Shown piece by piece: positions 17,744 through 29,695 of a stretch of DNA of 64,000 bases (position 1 is the first letter of the stretch; every line of letters begins with the position of its first letter). This DNA comes from Polyangiales bacterium (lineage in GTDB: Bacteria > Myxococcota_A > Polyangia > Polyangiales > Ga0077539), in the NCBI GenBank assembly GCA_044229975.1, contig JBGARZ010000001.1:224001-288000 (forward strand), given 5' to 3'. The position numbers and the translations under genes are program-made. The notes beneath the pieces are model-generated. The model worked only from the letters and a program-made list of their open reading frames with translations, did not search any database and had not been told where the DNA came from.

Positions 17744-19834
17744 TCAATCCGGTCGGCAGCCGTCGCCGCCGCAGGTGTCGATGATCTCGCCCGTGCGGAA
17801 GAAGGTGACCATCTGCCGCTGGTGCCACTCGCGCTGCCGCGGCTGCCCGTGCGGGTTGGCCATGAGGTCGGGCGGGGGGATGTTGCCCGGCGCCGGCCAC
17901 GCGTTGCCGAAGTTGTAGAGCACCACGCCCGAACCGCGCCGCGGGTACGGCGCCTGGGTGATGCCGAAGGGCGTACGGACGTCGTCGTAGTTCTGCATGA
18001 GCGAGATGCCGAAGTCCGAGCGGGCGGCGATCTCGTTGGTGAACACCGCCACCTCGTAGTCGCCGCGCGCGGGCGCCAGGATGACCTCGTGCGCGGTGTT
18101 GCCGGGGAAGGGTTCCTGGTGGATGTGCCGCAGGTAGCTCACCGGGTCGGTGGAGTCCCAGAGGAGCTGCACGTACGCGAGCCCGACGGCCTGGTCGGCG
18201 GTCGACGGGTACGAGCGGCGCAGGCCCTCGAAGTACCCGGTGAAGTCCCGCGAGCGGTGCAGCAGCGTGAAGTAGTTGTTGCCCGGGACCCCCAGGTGAC
18301 CGCGCGTCACGTCGGGCGTCACGGCCATGAAGGTCGCGCCGAAGATGCCGCCCTGCGAGATGCCCGAGTAGAAGAGCTCGTCGCGGTTGACGCGGATGTT
18401 GCGGCTGGCCACCTCGGGCAGCGAACCCAGTTGCTCACGCACGGCGCGGGCGAGCAGCACCCACTCGGTCATGCCCTGGTGCAGGCGGTCGGTGGTCGAG
18501 GTGAAGTTCGAGGCGTCGCGCAGGGTGGCGAAGACGCTCGCGAGGTCTTCCTCGGACATGCCCGTGAGGTTGGCCGCGACGAAGATGAGGTTGTTGGTGT
18601 TGGCGATGTGGCCGTTGTACCCGGCGCGCACCTCCTCGGCCGAACCGAGCAGCCCGTGGCCGTAGAGCACCAGCCCGTGCGGCGCGCCGCCCAGCGCCGA
18701 GTGCGGGATGCGAATCCAGAAGCGCGCTTGCCGCGTCCCGTTGGCGACGGGGCGCTCGCCGTCGACGTTCATCGCCCAGCCCGAGAGCGAGCCCAGCCGG
18801 CGCACGTGCATGTAGTGCGGAACCTCGATGTACCCGGTGAGCTCCAGCGCGATGTTGTCGTCGAAGGGTCGCCCGCTGCCGTCGCGCATCGGCAGGAAGG
18901 TCGTCGTCCCGTCCACCACCAGGCGCGGCCCGGTCGACCCCACGCGCATCAACGCGTCGTCGCGCATCGCGAGCAGCCGACCGTGGATGCGCTCCGAGCT
19001 GCCCGTGTGGAAGTCCCACGCGAGGGTGAGCGTCGAGCGCTGCACGCCCGCGCCTTCGAGCAGGGTGAACACCTCGTTGAAGCGCTCCTGTCGCGGGGCG
19101 AGCGCCATGTCGCCCGTCGTCATGTTGTCGCGCAGCCGCTGGAACGCTGTCGACGGTGCGATGGTCGCCCCCGCGGTGGTGCGTAGATCGCGGAAGGCCA
19201 CCACGTAGCGGGTGTTCTCCTTCAAGATCACCCCGGGCCGCAGGAACAAGATCTTCCGCGCCGTCATCGACTCCTGCGAGTCGAGCTCCACGAAGTACGG
19301 AACCCGCGTGAGGGTCGTGCCCTGCACCTCGTAGAGCAGCGCCGTCGCGGCCGGGGCCATGGAGCGGTCCATGTGCTCCTCGGTGGCCATCGCAGTGAGG
19401 TCGATGTTGGGGAAGCTCGTCATGATGGGCGAGCCGACGCCGTAGCCGTCGAGGCGCTGGAGGGGTCGCGGGTCGATGGGGTCGCCGCCGACGTTGGACG
19501 GCAGCGAAGTGGCGCCGAGGGTGAGCGAGTAGCCCGTGCGGCGCGTGGCGTCGCGGCGGAGGTAGAGGTTCGACGGCCACGGGAAGGCGCACACGCTCGG
19601 GTCGATGGGGTCGCAGTCTCCGCCCGGGAGCGTCGGCGCGACGCCCGCGTCGTCGTCGGGGAGCGGACCACTATCGACGATGAGCTTCGGCACATCGGGC
19701 GTCTGCACGACGACGTCGACGAGGCTCACGTCGGCGGCCGCGGCGTCGCGCGGTGGTTCGACGGCGGTCTCGGTGCAGCCCGCGAGGGCGGAGAGGACGA
19801 CCGGGAGGAAAGCGAAACGTCGGCGCGTGGACAT
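17744..19834 (-). CDS. Lipoprotein with N-terminal Ig-like region and alpha/beta-hydrolase (extracellular lipase-like) domain
   Basis: Lipobox LAGC; PWPSN..L, GHGLLG oxyanion loop, YSGISQGG nucleophile elbow. Confidence 0.8.
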   Translation of the reverse strand: MSTRRRFAFLPVVLSALAGCTETAVEPPRDAAAADVSLVDVVVQTPDVPKLIVDSGPLPDDDAGVAPTLPGGDCDPIDPSVCAFPWPSNLYLRRDATRRTGYSLTLGATSLPSNVGGDPIDPRPLQRLDGYGVGSPIMTSFPNIDLTAMATEEHMDRSMAPAATALLYEVQGTTLTRVPYFVELDSQESMTARKILFLRPGVILKENTRYVVAFRDLRTTAGATIAPSTAFQRLRDNMTTGDMALAPRQERFNEVFTLLEGAGVQRSTLTLAWDFHTGSSERIHGRLLAMRDDALMRVGSTGPRLVVDGTTTFLPMRDGSGRPFDDNIALELTGYIEVPHYMHVRRLGSLSGWAMNVDGERPVANGTRQARFWIRIPHSALGGAPHGLVLYGHGLLGSAEEVRAGYNGHIANTNNLIFVAANLTGMSEEDLASVFATLRDASNFTSTTDRLHQGMTEWVLLARAVREQLGSLPEVASRNIRVNRDELFYSGISQGGIFGATFMAVTPDVTRGHLGVPGNNYFTLLHRSRDFTGYFEGLRRSYPSTADQAVGLAYVQLLWDSTDPVSYLRHIHQEPFPGNTAHEVILAPARGDYEVAVFTNEIAARSDFGISLMQNYDDVRTPFGITQAPYPRRGSGVVLYNFGNAWPAPGNIPPPDLMANPHGQPRQREWHQRQMVTFFRTGEIIDTCGGDGCRPD

Positions 19835-19915
19835 CGGTGCCGGGGATTAGGTCGACGGTGCGACGGGCGGTCAAGGGCGTGACAGGAGCCCCGCGGATCA
19901 ACGACCATCCCGGAC

Positions 19916-21132
<1,217 letters not shown>

Positions 21133-21136
<4 letters not shown>

Positions 21137-22413
21137 GCGCAGCGCCTTCGGGGGGGCGGTTTCCGCTGTCGGCGCGCATCGTCGTGGCGGTGGTGCTGGG
21201 CATCCTCGCGGCGTGGGTGCTCGGTCCGCGCGCGGCGGTGCTGGGCGACGTCGGGATGCTGGTGATCCGCGTGCTCAAGGCGTTGGCGACGCCGCTCATC
21301 CTCTTCGCGGTGCTCGACGCCTTCGCGCGAACGGAGATCCCCGGTCGGCAGGCGGGGCGCCTCTTCGCGCTCTCGACGCTCAACGCCGTGGTGGCCATCG
21401 TGCTCGGGCTCGGCGTCTCGCACACCATCAACGCCGGCGCTCGCTGGCAGGGTCACCTCGACGAGCTCCTCGGGCCGGCCGCCCACGCCGGACCGGCCGC
21501 CCATGCGCGAGAGGGCGCCGCGCCCACGCTCAACCCGCTGACCAACCTCGGCCGGATGATTCCCGAGAGCGTCGTCGAGCCCTTCGTGAAGAACCAGGTC
21601 ATCTCCGCGGTGCTCATCGCCGTCGCGCTGGGCATCGCGCTGCGCGCCCTCAAGCGCGTCAACGACCCGGCGCTCGCGCCCGCCCTCGCGACCTGGGAGT
21701 CCTTCGCGCACGGCGGCCTCGCGCTCTTCACGACGGTGCTGCAAGGCGTCGTGAAGGTGGTTCCCTTCGCGGTGTTTGGCGTGGTGGCGAGCGTCGTCGC
21801 GCGCACCGGCGTCGGGGTGTTTGGTGCGCTCGGGCCCTTCCTCGGAACGGTGCTGCTCGGGCTCTTCCTCCACGCGGTGGTCTGGTACGGCATCCTCGTG
21901 ACCGTCGCCGCGCGGCGCTCGCCGCTCGCCTTCTTCGCGGGCGCCGCGGACGCTGCGCTGACGGCGCTCTCCTGCGGGTCGAGCCTCGCGTCGCTGCCCG
22001 TGACGCTGCGGTGCCTTCAAGAGAAGCTCGGCGTCTCGCCCGCGTCGGCGCGCCTCGCCGCGTGCGTCGGAACCAACCTCAACCACGACGGCATCATCCT
22101 GTACGAAGCGGCCGCGGCGATCTTCGTGACGCAGGCGCTGGGCGCGCACCTCACGATCTCGCAGCAGGTGACGGTGGCGCTCTCGTCGGTGATGGCGGGC
22201 ATCGGCATCGCGGGTGTGCCGGAGGCGGGGCTCATCACGCTGCCGCTGGTGCTGGGCGCCGCCGGGGTGTCGGACGCGACGGTGACGGCGGTGGTTCCGT
22301 TGTTGTTGCCCATCGACTGGCTGGTGGGCCGCGGGCGCGCGGCGACCAACGTGCTCAGCGACATGGCCGTGGCCACGGTGCTCGACCGCTGGGCCGACAA
22401 GGAGGCGACGTGA
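21133..22413 (+). CDS. Dicarboxylate/amino acid:cation symporter (DAACS, GltP-like)
   Basis: Multi-[46 protein letters not shown] overlap. Confidence 0.9.
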
Positions 22414-23513
22414 GGGCGACGTTGCTGTGGGCGATGGCGCTCGCGATGACGACAGGCTGCGTGGAGTGGGCGCGCACGGACGGCAACGTGCCGGACGTCG
22501 TGACTCCGACAGACGCGGCAACGGACGCGGCGACAGTGGACACCGGGTCGACGGACACCGGGTCGACGGACGTGCCCGCGGTGGATGCGCCGAGCGACGA
22601 CGTGCCGACGATGGATGTGCCCGCGCGCGACGTGGTGACGGATGTTCCGGTCGACGCGCCAATCGATCGACCCGTCGGCACCGACGTGCAGGACGCGGGT
22701 GTTGCGGAAGACCGTGGGACGCCGGTCGACGTGCCGATGGATGTGCCTCCGCGAGACGTGGGTGTGGACGTTCCGGGCACCGACACGCCGACGGATGAGT
22801 GCACCACTGGAGCGACGCGCGCCTGCTACACCGGCCCGGACGGCACCGCAGGCATGGGAGTCTGCGTGCGCGGGATGCAGGGCTGCGTCGGCGGTCGGTG
22901 GGAGACGGCGTGCGCGGGACAGGTCGTCCCATTGGGAGCGGAGGTCTGCGGCAACGCGACGGACGATGATTGCGACGGGATGCTCAACGAGGGATGCGCG
23001 GTGACCTGCGCGGCGGGCACATCCGACTGCAACGGGACGTCGAGCGACGGCTGCGAGGTGGTGCACGCGACGGCCACCAACACCTGCGGCACCGGCGACG
23101 ACCTCGGCACCTACTGCGGCGACACGGCCTGCGGCACCCTCTGCGGAACCACCACGACGGTGCGCTCCGTTCGCTCGCCGACGGGCAACCGGTCGACGTT
23201 CTTCCGCGGGCGCATCAACGACTGCCAGTCGGGCTGCGGCACCAACCTCAGCGCGCAGCTCACGCTCGCCGTGCCCGCGGGAGCCGACTACGACCTCTTC
23301 GTGTACCGCCCCTGCGGCACGACCTCGGCCCGCAGCGAGATGCGCGGCGTGGGGTTGACCGAGCGGGCCACGCTGACCCAGCCCGACGGCCTCACCACCA
23401 CCGACTCCTTCGACTACGTCGTCGAGGTCCGATGGATCAGCGGCGCCTCGTGCTCGCCGTGGACCCTCACCCTCGAAGCCCGCAGCGCCACCGCCGCCGC
23501 CACCTGTCCCTGA
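22410..23513 (+). CDS. Cys-rich lipoprotein with Asp/Pro/Val linker, DDDCDG metal-binding motif and C-terminal beta-sandwich
   Basis: Lipobox TTGC, D-V-P repeats, EVCGNATDDDCDGMLNEGC, PAGADYDLFVY (PPC-like). Confidence 0.75.
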   Translation: MRATLLWAMALAMTTGCVEWARTDGNVPDVVTPTDAATDAATVDTGSTDTGSTDVPAVDAPSDDVPTMDVPARDVVTDVPVDAPIDRPVGTDVQDAGVAEDRGTPVDVPMDVPPRDVGVDVPGTDTPTDECTTGATRACYTGPDGTAGMGVCVRGMQGCVGGRWETACAGQVVPLGAEVCGNATDDDCDGMLNEGCAVTCAAGTSDCNGTSSDGCEVVHATATNTCGTGDDLGTYCGDTACGTLCGTTTTVRSVRSPTGNRSTFFRGRINDCQSGCGTNLSAQLTLAVPAGADYDLFVYRPCGTTSARSEMRGVGLTERATLTQPDGLTTTDSFDYVVEVRWISGASCSPWTLTLEARSATAAATCP

Positions 23514-23535
23514 CGACCCGCGCCTGCGTCCGCGC

Positions 23536-26500
23536 ATGGACGATATGGGCTTCCTGCGTTACGCCGTCCCCATGGTGGCCCTCCGCTCCGTCCTCGGCGT
23601 CCGTCCGTTCGCGCTCGCGCTGCTCTCCCTCACCCTCGCGCTGAGCTGTACCGCGCCGTCCCCGCCGGTCGGCCAGTGCCGCTACGACTCGGACTGTTCG
23701 GACGGGCAGATCTGCCAGGGCACCACCTGCCGCGCCACCTGCCGCACCACCACCGACTGCCCCACGGGTCAGACCTGCCAGGAGCGCGACGGCGCCCGCG
23801 CCTGCGTCCCGATGGGAGCTCCCGGCGAGTGCGCCTTCGCGAGCGACTGCCCCGCCGGACGGATCTGCACCCAGGACGGCGCGTGTCGCCCGCCCTGCGT
23901 CCAGAACTACGACTGCGAGGTCATCAACCCCTTCATGAGCTGCCGCGAGGGCGCGTGCGTCCTCACCTGCTCCGCCGGCCGCGGCGACTGCAACGTCGAC
24001 CCCGTCGACGGCTGCGAGACCGACCTCCGCTCCGCCCTCCACTGCGGCGCCTGCGGAACCGTCTGCACCGCCCCCGCCCACGCCGTCTCGGCCTGCGGTG
24101 CGACGGGGTGCACCTTCACCTGCGAGCCGGGCTTCGGCGACTGCGACGGCGACGCCACCAACGGCTGCGAGGCCGACCTCTCGCGCCCCGACCACTGCGG
24201 CACCTGCGAGACCGTCTGCGGCGGCGCGAGCCCCCTGTGCACCGTGTCCATCACCGGTGGCGTGCGGCGGGCGTCGTGCGCCGTTGCCTGCTCGGGCGAG
24301 ACCCCCGACCGCTGCGGCGACTCCTGCGTCAACCGCGTCAACGACCCCGGCCACTGCGGGGCCTGTGACAACCGCTGCCCGGGCGGCCCGCGCGGCGCCG
24401 CGGTGTGCGTCGCGAGCGAGTGCGTCCTGCGCTGCGACGACGCGACGGCGGTGGGTGACTGCGACGGCGTCGCGAGCAACGGCTGCGAGACCGACGTGAC
24501 CGCCGCCGCCCCCCACTGCGGCGCCTGCGGCAACGTCTGCGCCGCCGCCCCCAACTCGACGCCCGCGTGCATGCGCGGCGCGTGCGCCGTCGTCTGCGCG
24601 ACGGGCTTCGGCAACTGCGACAGCGCCCCCGCCAACGGCTGCGAGGTCGACCTCGCCGCGACCCCCGCCCACTGCGGAACCTGCGGCAACGCCTGCCCCG
24701 CCCGCCCGCACGCCGCGGCCACCTGCGCCGACTCGCGCTGCGGGTTCACCTGCGACGCGGGCTTCGCCGACTGCGACGGCGACCCGAGCAACGGCTGCGA
24801 GGTCGAGCTCGCGACGGCGCCCGCCAACTGCGGCGCCTGCGGGAGCGCGTGCGTCGTGGCCAACGGCGTCGCGGGCTGCGCGGCCGGGGCGTGCACCCTC
24901 GCGCGCTGCAACGAGGGCTTCGGCGACTGCGACGGTGACCCGGGCAACGGCTGCGAGACCAACCTCGGCACCAACGCCACCCACTGCGGGGCGTGCGGCA
25001 CGCGGTGCTCGTTCCCCGGCGCGGGCGCGCGGTGCAACGCGGGCCGCTGTGAGTCGACGCAGGTGTGCATGCCCTCGACGCTCGGCGACTGCGACGGCAA
25101 CGCGAGCAACGGCTGCGAGACCGACCTGCTCACCTCCTCGGCCCACTGCGGAACCTGCGGCGCCGCCTGCTCCCTCCCCAACGCCGAGTCGTCGTGCGGC
25201 GCGGGCCGCTGCGCCATCGTCCGCTGCAACGCGGGCTTCGCCGACTGCGACGGCATGCCCGCCAACGGCTGCGAGACCAACCTCAACACCAGCGCCACGG
25301 CGTGCGGCCGATGCGGCAACGCGTGTAGCACCAGCAACGCCACGCCCGCGTGCGCGGCGGGGGTGTGCCGCCTCACCTGCGCGGTCGACTTCGCCGACTG
25401 CGACGGCAACCTCGGCAACGGCTGCGAGACGCCCACCAACAGCAGCACCGCCCACTGCGGCGGCTGCGGGCGCGCCTGCTCGCTGCCCAACGCCACGCCG
25501 GTGTGCACCAACAGCCGCTGCGCGGTCGCGAGCTGCGCTGCGGGCACGGCCGACTGCAACGCCGCCGCGGCCGACGGCTGCGAGGTGGTGCTCGGCACCA
25601 GCGTTCTCCACTGCGGCATGTGCGGGCGCGCGTGCAGTCTCGCCAACGCCACGGCGGCGTGCACGGGCGGGAGCTGCACCATCGCGAGATGCAACGCCGG
25701 CTTCGGCGACTGCGACGGCGACCCGAGCAACGGCTGCGAGACCAACCTCGCCACGACGCCCGCCCACTGCGGCCGCTGCGGCGGGGCGTGCGGGGCCATC
25801 AACGGCTCGGCCACCTGCACCGCGGGCGCGTGCGGCATCACCTGCGCGACGGGCTACGGCAACTGCGACGGCAGCCTCGTCAACGGCTGCGAGACGCTCA
25901 CCACCAGCAGCAACAGCCACTGCGGTCGCTGCAACAACGCGTGCGGCACGGGCTTCGTGTGCAGCGCCGGGGCGTGCGGGTCGGTGTGCGGGTCGGGGAC
26001 GACGTTCTGCTCGGGGGCGTGCGTCAACACGCAGACGAGCCCGGCCAACTGCGGCGCCTGCGGGGTGACCTGCCCGGGCGCGGCCAACGCGACGGCGACG
26101 TGCGCGAGCGGGGCGTGTTCGTTCCGTTGCAGCGCGGGCTTCGGTGATTGCGACGGGTCGGCCGCCAACGGCTGCGAGACCAGCTTCGCCACCAGCCCCG
26201 CCCACTGCGGCGGCTGCGGCAATGCCTGCAACCCCACCAACGGCACGCCCACCTGCGCGGCCGGCGCGTGCGGCATCACCTGCGCGACGGGCTTCGGCAA
26301 CTGCGACGGCTCGGCCGCCAACGGCTGCGAGGTCGACCTCCGCAGCACCGTCACCTCGTGCGGGTCGTGCGGCGCCGCGTGCTCGCTCCCCAACGCCACG
26401 CCGGCGTGCATGGCGAGCGCCTGCGCGGTGTCGAGCTGCACCACCGGCTTCGCCAACTGCGACGCCGTCGCGAGCAACGGCTGCGAGATCGATCAGCGCA

Positions 26501-28857
26501 GCGACGTGCGCCACTGCGGCGGCTGCGGACGGGCGTGCAGCGCCACCAACGGCTCGCCGACGTGCAGCGCGGGAGCGTGCGGCATCACCTGCTCGGCGGG
26601 CTTCGGCAACTGCGACCTGAGCGCTGGCAACGGTTGTGAGGTCGACACCAACGTCACCCTCGCCCACTGCGGTGGCTGCGGCCGCGCGTGCAGCCTCGCC
26701 AACGCCACGCCGGTCTGCACCGCGGGGGCGTGCGCCGTGTCGAGCTGCGCCGCCGGCTTCGGCAACTGCGATGGCGTCGCCAGCAACGGCTGCGAGGCCA
26801 ACTTCGCCACCAACGCGGCCCACTGCGGCCGCTGCGGAAACGCCTGCGGCGCGGGCTTCTTCTGCGCGGGGGGCACCTGCACCCGCGACTGCGGGTCGCT
26901 CACCAACTGCTCCAACGTGTGCGTCAACGTGCAGACCGACGCGGCCAACTGCGGCGGCTGCGGGACGGCGTGCACCTACCCCAGCGCGACGGGCGTGTGC
27001 TCCGCGGCGACGTGCTCGCTGGGCGCCTGCAACGCCGGCTTCGGCAACTGCGACGCGGTCGCGAGCAACGGCTGCGAGACCAACACCAACACCACCCTCG
27101 CCCACTGCGGCGGCTGCGGGATGGCGTGCGCGCCGGCCAACGCCACCGGGAGGTGCACGGCGGGCGCGTGCGGCATCGCGGCGTGCGCCGCGGGCTGGGG
27201 CAACTGCGACGGCGCGGTGGGCAACGGCTGCGAGACCAACACCACCACCTCGGTGGCCAACTGCGGCGCTTGCGGCACCGTCTGCACCCCGCCCGCCGAC
27301 GGCACCGCGGTGTGCACCGGCTCGGTCTGCGACTTCACCTGCAACGCCGGGTACTACCGCGTCGGGACGCAGTGCGTGGGCATCCCCAACCCGCGGCAGC
27401 TATCGCCCATGTCCACGTCGACGGCGACCACGCAGCGGCCGACCTTCCGCTGGACCAACGCCGCAGGCTTCACCGAGGCGCGCATCCAGCTCTGCACGCA
27501 GCGCTCGTGCGCGACGGTGGCGCAGACCGCGGACGTCACCGGGTCGTCGTGGGCGCCGACGGCCAACCTCGCGCGGGGCGTGTGGTTCTGGCGCGTCGCG
27601 GGGCGGCAGGGCGCCAGCGTGGGCTTCGTGTACTCGCCGGTGTGGGAGGTGTTCGTCCCCGCCGTCGGCATCGCGGCGCGAGCGGGGTCGTTTGGCGCCA
27701 TCAACGACGTCAACGGCGACGGGTACGCCGACCTCGTCGTGGGCAGCAACCAGGGCGAGAACGTCTACATCTATCACGGCGCCGCGGGCGGCCTGCCGGG
27801 CTCGGCCTCGCAGGCGCCGCTCACGGCCGTCGCGGGCAACCGCTTCGGCTACGCGGTCGAGGCCGCGGGCGACGTCAACGGCGACGGCTACGGCGACGTC
27901 ATCATCGGCCTGCCAGGCGCCAGCACCGCGCGGGTGTACCGCGGGTCGGCGGCCGGGCTGACCGCCGCGGGCTTCACGACCATCAGCGTGAGCGGCACGA
28001 CGGGCTTCGGCGGCTCGGTCTCCTGGGCGGGCGACGTCGACGGCGACGGCTACGGCGACGTGATCGTGGGCGCGTGCTGGAGCGGCGCGGCGTGCTCGAA
28101 CCAGGCGTTCTTGTTCCGCGGGTCGACGCGCGGGCCTATCGCGACGCCGCACCGCATCTACAATTCGCCGTCGACGGGGCAGACCAACTTCGGTCGGCGC
28201 GTGCGCGGCCTCGGGCTCGCCGACAACGACGACCTCGCGGACGTCGCGGTCAGCTCGGACAGCGCGATCTCCGTCTACTACGACGGCACCAACACCGTCG
28301 GCACGAGCATCACGGTGAGCAACTTCACCGACTTCGACGCCGCGATGGACGTCAACAACGACGGCTACGGCGACCTCGTCTGGGCCAACCGCATCAGCAC
28401 CGCGGCGGTCGCGCAGAACGTCTTCATCCACCACGGCTCGGCCACGGGGATCTCGGTCACCAACAATTTCACCTTCCGCGCGGCGGTGACCTCGTACGGC
28501 GTGTGGGTGGCGGGCGTCGGCGACGTCGACGGCGACGGCTACGGCGACCTGCTCTACAGCTACCAGGGCAACTCGGCGGCGGTGCGCTACGGCAGCAGCG
28601 CGGGCATCGGGGCGCGCGGCAACGCGCTCACGACCATCGCGGGGACGGGCTACGCGCGCGGCGTGTCGCGCCTCGGTGACACCAACGGCGACGGCTTCAA
28701 CGACGTGTGGGTGGGCGCGCCGGACTGGTCGGGGGAGTTCCTGTGCACCGACGAGCAGTACATCCACCGCGGCGCGGCGGGCGCGATCACGCTGGGCGGG
28801 ACGGCCATCACGCCGGTCGACAACGGCTGCGTGGACTACAGCCCGTCGCTGGAGTGA
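23536..28857 (+). CDS. Giant Cys-rich repeat surface protein with C-terminal FG-GAP (integrin-alpha-like) beta-propeller
   Basis: Lipoprotein-like signal (ALSC); about 19 [N/D]GCE repeats plus 3 Stig1-like units; 7 D-x-[N/D]-x-D-G-type Ca-binding blades. Confidence 0.88.
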   Translation: MDDMGFLRYAVPMVALRSVLGVRPFALALLSLTLALSCTAPSPPVGQCRYDSDCSDGQICQGTTCRATCRTTTDCPTGQTCQERDGARACVPMGAPGECAFASDCPAGRICTQDGACRPPCVQNYDCEVINPFMSCREGACVLTCSAGRGDCNVDPVDGCETDLRSALHCGACGTVCTAPAHAVSACGATGCTFTCEPGFGDCDGDATNGCEADLSRPDHCGTCETVCGGASPLCTVSITGGVRRASCAVACSGETPDRCGDSCVNRVNDPGHCGACDNRCPGGPRGAAVCVASECVLRCDDATAVGDCDGVASNGCETDVTAAAPHCGACGNVCAAAPNSTPACMRGACAVVCATGFGNCDSAPANGCEVDLAATPAHCGTCGNACPARPHAAATCADSRCGFTCDAGFADCDGDPSNGCEVELATAPANCGACGSACVVANGVAGCAAGACTLARCNEGFGDCDGDPGNGCETNLGTNATHCGACGTRCSFPGAGARCNAGRCESTQVCMPSTLGDCDGNASNGCETDLLTSSAHCGTCGAACSLPNAESSCGAGRCAIVRCNAGFADCDGMPANGCETNLNTSATACGRCGNACSTSNATPACAAGVCRLTCAVDFADCDGNLGNGCETPTNSSTAHCGGCGRACSLPNATPVCTNSRCAVASCAAGTADCNAAAADGCEVVLGTSVLHCGMCGRACSLANATAACTGGSCTIARCNAGFGDCDGDPSNGCETNLATTPAHCGRCGGACGAINGSATCTAGACGITCATGYGNCDGSLVNGCETLTTSSNSHCGRCNNACGTGFVCSAGACGSVCGSGTTFCSGACVNTQTSPANCGACGVTCPGAANATATCASGACSFRCSAGFGDCDGSAANGCETSFATSPAHCGGCGNACNPTNGTPTCAAGACGITCATGFGNCDGSAANGCEVDLRSTVTSCGSCGAACSLPNATPACMASACAVSSCTTGFANCDAVASNGCEIDQRSDVRHCGGCGRACSATNGSPTCSAGACGITCSAGFGNCDLSAGNGCEVDTNVTLAHCGGCGRACSLANATPVCTAGACAVSSCAAGFGNCDGVASNGCEANFATNAAHCGRCGNACGAGFFCAGGTCTRDCGSLTNCSNVCVNVQTDAANCGGCGTACTYPSATGVCSAATCSLGACNAGFGNCDAVASNGCETNTNTTLAHCGGCGMACAPANATGRCTAGACGIAACAAGWGNCDGAVGNGCETNTTTSVANCGACGTVCTPPADGTAVCTGSVCDFTCNAGYYRVGTQCVGIPNPRQLSPMSTSTATTQRPTFRWTNAAGFTEARIQLCTQRSCATVAQTADVTGSSWAPTANLARGVWFWRVAGRQGASVGFVYSPVWEVFVPAVGIAARAGSFGAINDVNGDGYADLVVGSNQGENVYIYHGAAGGLPGSASQAPLTAVAGNRFGYAVEAAGDVNGDGYGDVIIGLPGASTARVYRGSAAGLTAAGFTTISVSGTTGFGGSVSWAGDVDGDGYGDVIVGACWSGAACSNQAFLFRGSTRGPIATPHRIYNSPSTGQTNFGRRVRGLGLADNDDLADVAVSSDSAISVYYDGTNTVGTSITVSNFTDFDAAMDVNNDGYGDLVWANRISTAAVAQNVFIHHGSATGISVTNNFTFRAAVTSYGVWVAGVGDVDGDGYGDLLYSYQGNSAAVRYGSSAGIGARGNALTTIAGTGYARGVSRLGDTNGDGFNDVWVGAPDWSGEFLCTDEQYIHRGAAGAITLGGTAITPVDNGCVDYSPSLE

Positions 28858-28861
28858 GTCG

Positions 28862-29656
28862 TTAGCGCTTGTGCTTCTGGGCGTCCGACATCGCGGTGGC
28901 GATGCGGGCGCTCCCGCTCGCCTTGGTGAGCGCCGTCACGATCGCGGGCGAGACCGAGAAGAGGCCCGCCCCGAGCACCTGCTCGAAGGCCGCGACGTTG
29001 AGCTCGGCCTGGTTGCGCTCGACGCAGCGCATGACGGCGCGCGCGACGTCCTCGGGGCTGCGGGTTCCTGCGCCGGGCGGGAGCTGCACCTTCGTCTCGG
29101 CGAACATCCCCGCCTCGCGGATGAACCCCGGAAACACCGTGCTCACCCCGACGCCGCGCTCTTCGAGGTCGCCGCGCAGCGCGAGGGCGAAGCCGCGCAT
29201 CCCGAACTTGGTGGCGTTGTAGAGCGACTGCCCCGCCGTCGCGACCTTCCCCGAGATCGACGAGATGAACACGATGCTCCCTCGGCCCTTCGCGGCCATG
29301 CGCTCGCCGAAGTAGCGGGCGCTCTGCACGGGCGCGCGGAGGTTGACGTCGAACACCTTGTCGATCTGCTCGGCGCTGTACTCCAGCAGCGGTCCGCTGC
29401 CCGGGAGCGCGGCGTTGAGCACGGCGATGTCCACGTCACCGGCCTCGGTGTGCATGCGGTCGACGTCCTCGCGCCTGGCGAGGTCGGCCACGATGACGCG
29501 CGCGCCGGTCTCCTTCGCGATGGCTTCGAGCGCGTCGGGACGGCGGCCGGTGACGATGATCTTCGCGCCCGCGGCGTGGAGCGAGCGCGCGATGGCCATG
29601 CCGATGCCGCCGTTGGCGCCCGTGATGAGCGCGACCGTGTCTGGGGTGATCTTCAT
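28862..29656 (-). CDS. Short-chain dehydrogenase/reductase
   Basis: ITGANGGIG, NAA, YNATK. Confidence 0.92.
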   Translation of the reverse strand: MKITPDTVALITGANGGIGMAIARSLHAAGAKIIVTGRRPDALEAIAKETGARVIVADLARREDVDRMHTEAGDVDIAVLNAALPGSGPLLEYSAEQIDKVFDVNLRAPVQSARYFGERMAAKGRGSIVFISSISGKVATAGQSLYNATKFGMRGFALALRGDLEERGVGVSTVFPGFIREAGMFAETKVQLPPGAGTRSPEDVARAVMRCVERNQAELNVAAFEQVLGAGLFSVSPAIVTALTKASGSARIATAMSDAQKHKR

Positions 29657-29695
29657 GGCCGCAGCGGGTATCCCAGCTCCGCCGGGGCCGCAAGC

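Noticed and set aside
22538..22571. Short tandem duplication (DTGST x2), likewise SAGN x2 near 55292-55320
   Set aside because: In-frame low-complexity coding repeats with no sign of phase variation
23467..27105. Very long antisense/alternate-frame ORFs (also 1348-4083 -, 60627-63467 +, 38246-40594 +)
   Set aside because: Shadow ORFs of high-GC genes: Arg/Ala/Gly-rich, motif-less and opposite well-supported CDSs
23950..27300. Regularly spaced AACGGCTGCGAG repeats resembling a CRISPR or DNA repeat array
   Set aside because: They encode the NGCE protein repeat in frame, vary synonymously, and no cas genes are present
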